From the NCBI GenBank assembly GCA_000004985.1, contig GG739030.1: a DNA stretch of 10,062 bases; one strand, 5' to 3'. The notes beneath the pieces are model-generated. The model made no database searches, was not told where the DNA came from, and saw only the letters and a list, made by a program, of their open reading frames with translations. This stretch comes from Naegleria gruberi (lineage: Eukaryota). Below are positions 1 to 7,680 of the stretch, piece after piece (positions within the stretch are counted from its first letter, which is position 1; each line of letters begins with the position of its first letter). The position numbers and the translations under genes were made by a program.

Positions 1-3
1 TAG

Positions 4-1452
4 TCTTTTGATTATATTATTAGTATAATCTTCGGTGTTTATATTTCATTTAAAATTATTCAACCATTCTATGAGTTGATTTTCAATTTTAGTGAAGTTT
101 CTGAAATGAAATTGGAAGGATTAGAATTTAGAAATTCATTGTTCAGAGAAATTGTCATTCTTCAAGGACACTTTAAGGGGATGGTTGACAGGATTAGGCT
201 TTACAGATGGTAAGTTATCACTAAGTTTCAACATGACTAAACAATTTTTGAAATAGCTTTATTCCAAGCCACTTGATTTCAAAGATTGATGGAGGTGAAG
301 AAGTTGATAAAAGTAGAAGATCAAAAGATTCCCAACCCCAATCTAAAAGTGCTTACTCTATTGGAAAACTAGTTAAGGAAGAAATTTCTAGCAGTTTTTC
401 AAGTATTGGAAGTACTACGAAAAAACAATCTCAAACTCAACAACCAATTGATATTTTAGCAAGATTTGCCCTTCATTTGGATAAAAGAAAAGTTGGTTTT
501 GCTTGCTTACATATTGAAGGAATGAGCGCATGTATTGCCAACAATTCTTACTCTGAAACTGTTACTGTTTTAAGTGAAATTTTCAAATATGTATATGATA
601 TGAGTAAGATACATGGAGGTTCTGTTGGTAATTTTGATAATGAGACTATCACTATTTCATTCAATTCTAATATTGACACAGCAGCCCCAGAAAAGAAATC
701 TATAACATTTGCTTATGCTATTGTTAGAAAGCTTAATGGTTTATTACCATTAAAGAAGGCCATTAATCCAGAAGCGACCGATAAGGCACAAACTTTTAGA
801 GTTGCAGTTCTCTCCCAAGCTGTTTGTTGTGGTAACTTGGGTACTAATGATTTTAAGAATTTTACAATTGTTGGTAGCTTCCAAAGAAATATACTTTCCA
901 TGTTGGATCTTGCTGTTAATTTGAACATTGAAATTGTAGTCTCTGAAGAAATTAAGGCAAAAACTCATAATTTCTATCAACACAGATTTATCGATACACT
1001 TAATTTCTTAACGGAACAACAATATGGAATTCCTGAGCTAGACAAGTCGCTTAACAAGAATTGGGCATTCTTAAAGTCACCAGAGTATGGTAACAACATT
1101 CCAGAAAGTTATACTCCTTTGTCCTCAAAGCAAATTACTGAAGTGAATGTTTATGAATTTGGAGATTTTATGGAAGTTAAAGAAGATGGTAAGTATATTT
1201 TAAAATTCACTCGAAATTAATCAAATATTAGAATGGATGTATGAATTGGAGGAAAAGAAGAAGAGAAATCTTTGGCAATCCTATGGAGCTGCTTGTAATT
1301 TATTCTTTGACAAGAAATATGAAGAAGCATGTGGATTGTTGAATGAATTCTTGGATAGAACAATTCAAAATGGAATGGCAGATTTACCAACCATCAATCT
1401 ATTAGAAAAGCTTAAGAAATTACAAGAAAGAGAAAAACTAGAGCAATTGTAA
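4..1452 (+). CDS. 5'-partial receptor-type class III nucleotidyl-cyclase homology-domain protein (probably catalytically divergent). Model: exon up to 209, intron 210-256, exon 257-1188, putative intron 1189-1231, exon 1232-1452 with TAA stop at 1450-1452.
   Basis: Frame 1 is open from nt 4 to 209 (...IISIIFGVYISFKIIQPFYELIFNF...MKLEGLEFRNSLFREIVILQGHFKGMVDRIRLYR) and stops at 211-213 just inside a GTAAGT donor (210-215). Frame 0 opens at 252, just before acceptor AAATAG (251-256). Splicing gives TG+C=Cys and continues FIPSHLISKIDGGEE..., matching the 273-1220 ORF. In my manual alignment, residues about 60-230 of that ORF (VGFACLHIEGMSA...GSVGNFDNETITISF...FRVAVLSQAVCCGNLGTNDFKNFTIVGSFQRNILSMLDLAVNLNIEIVVSEE) match the class III adenylyl/guanylyl cyclase catalytic-domain consensus (FxDIxGFT...TIGDAYM...RIGIHxGxVVAGVVG...PRYCLFGDTVNxASRMES...KIxVSE). 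Codon usage matches the other genes. Confidence 0.8.
210..256 (+). other. Spliceosomal intron, 47 nt (GTAAGT...AAATAG), joining the linker exon to the cyclase-domain exon.
   Basis: Canonical GTAAGT donor at 210-215. ACTAA-type branch candidates (tcACTAAg, tgACTAAa). Only frame-compatible AG is at 255-256. The upstream frame closes at 211 and the downstream frame opens at 252. Confidence 0.75.
1189..1231 (+). other. Putative 43-nt 3' intron of gene 1 (GTAAGT...ATATTAG). It would fuse the 273-1220 ORF in frame to the 1237-1452 ORF.
   Basis: GTAAGT sits at 1189-1194 in the same AGATGgtaagt context as the first intron donor (205-215). The only AG before nt 1237 is TAG at 1229-1231. Exon 2 ends in phase 1 (G at 1188) and exon 3 starts AA|TGG|ATG, giving ...MEVKED-E-W-MYELEEKKKRNLWQSYGAACNLFFDKKYEEACGLLNEFLDR...KLEQL* with no frame break. 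Without splicing, the protein ends KFTRN* at 1220. Confidence 0.55.
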
Positions 1453-1461
1453 ATAATTCAA

Positions 1462-1491
1462 AATAAACCAAGGATTTTCAACAAAAATAAA
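1462..1491 (+). promoter_or_regulatory. Two AATAAA hexamers (1462-1467, 1486-1491) in the 88-bp spacer after gene 1. Possible 3'-end/polyadenylation signals.
   Basis: Sequence motif only. The AT-rich context makes chance occurrence likely. Confidence 0.2.
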
Positions 1492-1539
1492 TTTAGTAAA
1501 TCAACTTGATTAATCCAAGTAAGTGGTTGACACAAAAAA

Positions 1540-3025
1540 ATGAGTAAACGAAGCATGCTCAAGATTTTGAAAAGCAATTTCGGATCAAAAAAAAGAAAAC
1601 GAAAAAGAAAAAACTTGTGCTCCAAGAAATATTTTCAGATGATGTTTGTTTTGAAATAATTTCCATGATTGATGATTCGTGGTTTATTTTGAATAATTGT
1701 TCTTTGATTTCAAAACAATTCTTTCATGTGATCAAGGAACGTTCAAAACTTGTTATTGAATTTAACAAAAAATTTACAGAGAAAAGAATTAAATTATTCA
1801 TGAAAAGTCAATTTATGAATAGTATTGTTAATGTTAAATTTTCGAGAAGGTTGCTTGACTCTATAGATGAAAATGGAATTGGTGATGAAGGAGCTAAATT
1901 CATAAGTGGAATGAAACAATTAATATCACTTACTATTGGTGAAAATGAAATTGGTGATGAAGGAGCCAAATTCATAAGTGAAATGAATCAATTAACATCA
2001 CTTGATATTAGTGGAAATCGAATTGGTGATGAAGGAGCCAAATTCATAAGTGAAATGAAACAATTAAAATCACTTGATATTGGTGGAAATCAAATTGGTG
2101 ATGAAGGAGCCAAATCAATTTGTGAAATGAAACAATTAACATCACTTACTGTTTCTTACAATCAAATTGGTGATGAAGGAGCCAAATTCATAAGTGAAAT
2201 GAATCAATTAAAATCACTTAATATTGGTGGAAATCAAATTGGTGATGAAGGAGCCAAGTCAATAAGTGGAATGAAACAATTAAAATCACTTAGTGTTTAT
2301 AACAATCGAATTGGTGATGAAGGAGCCAAATTCATAAGTGGAATGAATCAATTAACATCACTTGATATTGGTGAAAATCTAATTGGTGTAGAAGGAGCCA
2401 AATCAATAATTGAAATGAAACAGTTAACATCACTTAGTATTTATAACAATCGAATTGGTGATGAAGGAGCTAAATTCATAAGAGGAATGAATCAATTAAC
2501 ATCACTTAGTGTTTTTTGCAATCAAATTGGTGATGAAGGAGCCAAATCAATAATTGAAATGAAACAATTGACATCACTTGATATTGGTGAAAATCAAATT
2601 GGTGATGAAGGAGCCAAATCAATAATTGAAATGAAACAATTGACATCACTTGATATTTATTTCAATCAAATTGGTGATGAAGGAGCCAAATCAATAAGTG
2701 AAATGAAACAGTTAACATCACTAAATATTGGTGAAAATGAAATTGGTGATGAAGGAGCCAAATCAATAAGTGAAATGAAACAATTGACATCACTTAATAT
2801 TGGTCAAAATGAAATTGGTAATGAAGGAGCTAAATTCATAAGTGGAATGAAACAATTAACATCACTTAGTGTTTATAGCAATCTAATTGGTGATGAAGGA
2901 GCCAAATCAATAAGTGAAATGAAACAATTGACATCACTTAATATTGGTGAAAATGAAATTGGTGATGAAGGAGCTAAATTCATAAGTGGAATGAAACAAT
3001 TAACATCACTTAGTGTTTATAACAA
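1540..3025 (+). CDS. F-box / leucine-rich-repeat protein (ribonuclease-inhibitor-like LRRs of 24 aa), 3' end lost in the assembly gap. The 5' end is uncertain: ATG 1540 plus a short intron is the proposed model, and the long ORF proper begins at 1617 in frame 0.
   Basis: The N-terminus FSDDVCFEIISMIDDSWFILNNCSLISKQFFHVI aligns to the F-box consensus (LPxEILxxIFSYLDxxDLLRLxxVCKxWRxL). From about 1869 onward there are 16 consecutive 24-aa units IGDEGAK[F/S]ISEMKQLTSL[D/N/S]IGENx, matching the LxxLxLxxNxIGDEGAxxL signature of RNI/NLRC3-type LRRs. The ORF is uninterrupted from 1617 to the first N at 3026. There is no in-frame ATG before the F-box (first is 1665, inside the F-box), so the start lies upstream. 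Confidence 0.85.
1869..3025 (+). repeat. Tandem array of at least 16 near-identical 72-bp units (coding 24-aa LRRs), truncated by the gap.
   Basis: Direct reading shows the motif attggtgatgaaggagc(c/t)aaat(t/c)(c)ataagtgaaatgaaacaatt(a/g)acatcactt... recurring every 72 nt with roughly 85-95% nucleotide identity. F/S variants (aaattc / aaatca) partly alternate. Confidence 0.9.
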
Positions 3026-6000
3026 NNNNNNNNNNNNNNNNNNNNNNNNNNNNNNNNNNNNNNNNNNNNNNNNNNNNNNNNNNNNNNNNNNNNNNNNNNN
3101 NNNNNNNNNNNNNNNNNNNNNNNNNNNNNNNNNNNNNNNNNNNNNNNNNNNNNNNNNNNNNNNNNNNNNNNNNNNNNNNNNNNNNNNNNNNNNNNNNNNN
3201 NNNNNNNNNNNNNNNNNNNNNNNNNNNNNNNNNNNNNNNNNNNNNNNNNNNNNNNNNNNNNNNNNNNNNNNNNNNNNNNNNNNNNNNNNNNNNNNNNNNN
3301 NNNNNNNNNNNNNNNNNNNNNNNNNNNNNNNNNNNNNNNNNNNNNNNNNNNNNNNNNNNNNNNNNNNNNNNNNNNNNNNNNNNNNNNNNNNNNNNNNNNN
3401 NNNNNNNNNNNNNNNNNNNNNNNNNNNNNNNNNNNNNNNNNNNNNNNNNNNNNNNNNNNNNNNNNNNNNNNNNNNNNNNNNNNNNNNNNNNNNNNNNNNN
3501 NNNNNNNNNNNNNNNNNNNNNNNNNNNNNNNNNNNNNNNNNNNNNNNNNNNNNNNNNNNNNNNNNNNNNNNNNNNNNNNNNNNNNNNNNNNNNNNNNNNN
3601 NNNNNNNNNNNNNNNNNNNNNNNNNNNNNNNNNNNNNNNNNNNNNNNNNNNNNNNNNNNNNNNNNNNNNNNNNNNNNNNNNNNNNNNNNNNNNNNNNNNN
3701 NNNNNNNNNNNNNNNNNNNNNNNNNNNNNNNNNNNNNNNNNNNNNNNNNNNNNNNNNNNNNNNNNNNNNNNNNNNNNNNNNNNNNNNNNNNNNNNNNNNN
3801 NNNNNNNNNNNNNNNNNNNNNNNNNNNNNNNNNNNNNNNNNNNNNNNNNNNNNNNNNNNNNNNNNNNNNNNNNNNNNNNNNNNNNNNNNNNNNNNNNNNN
3901 NNNNNNNNNNNNNNNNNNNNNNNNNNNNNNNNNNNNNNNNNNNNNNNNNNNNNNNNNNNNNNNNNNNNNNNNNNNNNNNNNNNNNNNNNNNNNNNNNNNN
4001 NNNNNNNNNNNNNNNNNNNNNNNNNNNNNNNNNNNNNNNNNNNNNNNNNNNNNNNNNNNNNNNNNNNNNNNNNNNNNNNNNNNNNNNNNNNNNNNNNNNN
4101 NNNNNNNNNNNNNNNNNNNNNNNNNNNNNNNNNNNNNNNNNNNNNNNNNNNNNNNNNNNNNNNNNNNNNNNNNNNNNNNNNNNNNNNNNNNNNNNNNNNN
4201 NNNNNNNNNNNNNNNNNNNNNNNNNNNNNNNNNNNNNNNNNNNNNNNNNNNNNNNNNNNNNNNNNNNNNNNNNNNNNNNNNNNNNNNNNNNNNNNNNNNN
4301 NNNNNNNNNNNNNNNNNNNNNNNNNNNNNNNNNNNNNNNNNNNNNNNNNNNNNNNNNNNNNNNNNNNNNNNNNNNNNNNNNNNNNNNNNNNNNNNNNNNN
4401 NNNNNNNNNNNNNNNNNNNNNNNNNNNNNNNNNNNNNNNNNNNNNNNNNNNNNNNNNNNNNNNNNNNNNNNNNNNNNNNNNNNNNNNNNNNNNNNNNNNN
4501 NNNNNNNNNNNNNNNNNNNNNNNNNNNNNNNNNNNNNNNNNNNNNNNNNNNNNNNNNNNNNNNNNNNNNNNNNNNNNNNNNNNNNNNNNNNNNNNNNNNN
4601 NNNNNNNNNNNNNNNNNNNNNNNNNNNNNNNNNNNNNNNNNNNNNNNNNNNNNNNNNNNNNNNNNNNNNNNNNNNNNNNNNNNNNNNNNNNNNNNNNNNN
4701 NNNNNNNNNNNNNNNNNNNNNNNNNNNNNNNNNNNNNNNNNNNNNNNNNNNNNNNNNNNNNNNNNNNNNNNNNNNNNNNNNNNNNNNNNNNNNNNNNNNN
4801 NNNNNNNNNNNNNNNNNNNNNNNNNNNNNNNNNNNNNNNNNNNNNNNNNNNNNNNNNNNNNNNNNNNNNNNNNNNNNNNNNNNNNNNNNNNNNNNNNNNN
4901 NNNNNNNNNNNNNNNNNNNNNNNNNNNNNNNNNNNNNNNNNNNNNNNNNNNNNNNNNNNNNNNNNNNNNNNNNNNNNNNNNNNNNNNNNNNNNNNNNNNN
5001 NNNNNNNNNNNNNNNNNNNNNNNNNNNNNNNNNNNNNNNNNNNNNNNNNNNNNNNNNNNNNNNNNNNNNNNNNNNNNNNNNNNNNNNNNNNNNNNNNNNN
5101 NNNNNNNNNNNNNNNNNNNNNNNNNNNNNNNNNNNNNNNNNNNNNNNNNNNNNNNNNNNNNNNNNNNNNNNNNNNNNNNNNNNNNNNNNNNNNNNNNNNN
5201 NNNNNNNNNNNNNNNNNNNNNNNNNNNNNNNNNNNNNNNNNNNNNNNNNNNNNNNNNNNNNNNNNNNNNNNNNNNNNNNNNNNNNNNNNNNNNNNNNNNN
5301 NNNNNNNNNNNNNNNNNNNNNNNNNNNNNNNNNNNNNNNNNNNNNNNNNNNNNNNNNNNNNNNNNNNNNNNNNNNNNNNNNNNNNNNNNNNNNNNNNNNN
5401 NNNNNNNNNNNNNNNNNNNNNNNNNNNNNNNNNNNNNNNNNNNNNNNNNNNNNNNNNNNNNNNNNNNNNNNNNNNNNNNNNNNNNNNNNNNNNNNNNNNN
5501 NNNNNNNNNNNNNNNNNNNNNNNNNNNNNNNNNNNNNNNNNNNNNNNNNNNNNNNNNNNNNNNNNNNNNNNNNNNNNNNNNNNNNNNNNNNNNNNNNNNN
5601 NNNNNNNNNNNNNNNNNNNNNNNNNNNNNNNNNNNNNNNNNNNNNNNNNNNNNNNNNNNNNNNNNNNNNNNNNNNNNNNNNNNNNNNNNNNNNNNNNNNN
5701 NNNNNNNNNNNNNNNNNNNNNNNNNNNNNNNNNNNNNNNNNNNNNNNNNNNNNNNNNNNNNNNNNNNNNNNNNNNNNNNNNNNNNNNNNNNNNNNNNNNN
5801 NNNNNNNNNNNNNNNNNNNNNNNNNNNNNNNNNNNNNNNNNNNNNNNNNNNNNNNNNNNNNNNNNNNNNNNNNNNNNNNNNNNNNNNNNNNNNNNNNNNN
5901 NNNNNNNNNNNNNNNNNNNNNNNNNNNNNNNNNNNNNNNNNNNNNNNNNNNNNNNNNNNNNNNNNNNNNNNNNNNNNNNNNNNNNNNNNNNNNNNNNNNN

Positions 6001-7203
6001 NNNNNNNNNNNNNNNNNNNNNNNNNNNNNNNNNNNNNNNNNNNNNNNNNNNNNNNNNNNNNNNNNNNNNNNNNNNNNNNNNNNNNNNNNNNNNNNNNNNN
6101 NNNNNNNNNNNNNNNNNNNNNNNNNNNNNNNNNNNNNNNNNNNNNNNNNNNNNNNNNNNNNNNNNNNNNNNNNNNNNNNNNNNNNNNNNNNNNNNNNNNN
6201 NNNNNNNNNNNNNNNNNNNNNNNNNNNNNNNNNNNNNNNNNNNNNNNNNNNNNNNNNNNNNNNNNNNNNNNNNNNNNNNNNNNNNNNNNNNNNNNNNNNN
6301 NNNNNNNNNNNNNNNNNNNNNNNNNNNNNNNNNNNNNNNNNNNNNNNNNNNNNNNNNNNNNNNNNNNNNNNNNNNNNNNNNNNNNNNNNNNNNNNNNNNN
6401 NNNNNNNNNNNNNNNNNNNNNNNNNNNNNNNNNNNNNNNNNNNNNNNNNNNNNNNNNNNNNNNNNNNNNNNNNNNNNNNNNNNNNNNNNNNNNNNNNNNN
6501 NNNNNNNNNNNNNNNNNNNNNNNNNNNNNNNNNNNNNNNNNNNNNNNNNNNNNNNNNNNNNNNNNNNNNNNNNNNNNNNNNNNNNNNNNNNNNNNNNNNN
6601 NNNNNNNNNNNNNNNNNNNNNNNNNNNNNNNNNNNNNNNNNNNNNNNNNNNNNNNNNNNNNNNNNNNNNNNNNNNNNNNNNNNNNNNNNNNNNNNNNNNN
6701 NNNNNNNNNNNNNNNNNNNNNNNNNNNNNNNNNNNNNNNNNNNNNNNNNNNNNNNNNNNNNNNNNNNNNNNNNNNNNNNNNNNNNNNNNNNNNNNNNNNN
6801 NNNNNNNNNNNNNNNNNNNNNNNNNNNNNNNNNNNNNNNNNNNNNNNNNNNNNNNNNNNNNNNNNNNNNNNNNNNNNNNNNNNNNNNNNNNNNNNNNNNN
6901 NNNNNNNNNNNNNNNNNNNNNNNNNNNNNNNNNNNNNNNNNNNNNNNNNNNNNNNNNNNNNNNNNNNNNNNNNNNNNNNNNNNNNNNNNNNNNNNNNNNN
7001 NNNNNNNNNNNNNNNNNNNNNNNNNNNNNNNNNNNNNNNNNNNNNNNNNNNNNNNNNNNNNNNNNNNNNNNNNNNNNNNNNNNNNNNNNNNNNNNNNNNN
7101 NNNNNNNNNNNNNNNNNNNNNNNNNNNNNNNNNNNNNNNNNNNNNNNNNNNNNNNNNNNNNNNNNNNNNNNNNNNNNNNNNNNNNNNNNNNNNNNNNNNN
7201 NNN
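3026..7203. other. Assembly gap (4,178 N).
   Basis: Uninterrupted run of n characters immediately after the high-identity 72-bp tandem array. Consistent with repeat collapse or scaffolding. Confidence 0.99.
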
Positions 7204-7486
7204 ACCAACTAAAAGACCATATTATGACTTGTTTTTCTCATGTTTTGTTTTCAATGAATAATTAGATGCAAATCCAATTGAAACTTTGATTTTGTAAATG
7301 GTGATCACTCTTCAATAACTTGCGAATTGATTGCTAATGAGCCCATACAGTGGATTATAGACACTAGCTTCCCATGACTTAAACTTCTTTCCTTACTCTC
7401 TCAATCAGTTGCTAATTTAGATTGTTTGTAAAATGAAATCGACTTGTTTAAATTGGTTTACAACAGAAGGATTGATTACTTGCAAG

Positions 7487-7492
7487 TATAAA
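7487..7492 (+). promoter_or_regulatory. TATAAA element about 190 bp upstream of the AKR ATG. A second TTTAAAAA lies at about 7604-7611. The A-rich leader runs 7630-7680.
   Basis: Motif only. gtataaacagtataacc followed by the A/C-rich leader aaaacaataaaaaaacaaacaaacaacacaatcagaagaaacgtaagATG, which is typical of fungal or protist 5' UTRs. Confidence 0.25.
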
Positions 7493-7680
7493 CAGTATAA
7501 CCAACTAACAATTGAACAAATGGATGACATCTAACTTATTGACAAAGTACGAGTACATTTTCCAAAAGACCCTCGCTCGCACTTTCGTACAAATTCTCTT
7601 TCCTTTAAAAAGAAACTCTAGAGTACAATTAACAAAACAATAAAAAAACAAACAAACAACACAATCAGAAGAAACGTAAG

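Noticed and set aside
71-108. ATG at 71 and ATG at 106 as possible start codons of gene 1.
   Set aside because: ATG 71 is out of frame. ATG 106 is in frame, but a hydrophobic transmembrane-like stretch continues upstream to nt 4 with an acceptor-like ATTATTAG at 16-23. The gene most likely continues 5' of the window.
713-983. Antisense ORFs 713-928(-) and 750-983(-) inside the cyclase-domain exon.
   Set aside because: They are short and low-complexity. They are fully embedded opposite a well-supported sense CDS and have no motifs. Chance ORFs are typical on the reverse strand of AT-rich coding sequence.
3006-7212. Two very long ORFs (+3013..7212 and -3006..7208) made almost entirely of X.
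   Set aside because: They are translations of the N run. They carry no sequence information and are assembly-gap artefacts.
7204-7265. Tail of the 1617..7265 ORF after the gap (QLKDHIMTCFSHVLFSMNN*).
   Set aside because: The frame relationship across an N-gap of uncertain length is meaningless. The peptide has no LRR character. I treat it as non-coding intergenic sequence upstream of the AKR.
7540-7590. GTACGAGTAC ... CTCGCTCGCAC...TTCGTAC partial inverted repeats in the AKR upstream region.
   Set aside because: The arms are short and imperfect with variable spacing. They are not distinguishable from chance, and I can name no known element.
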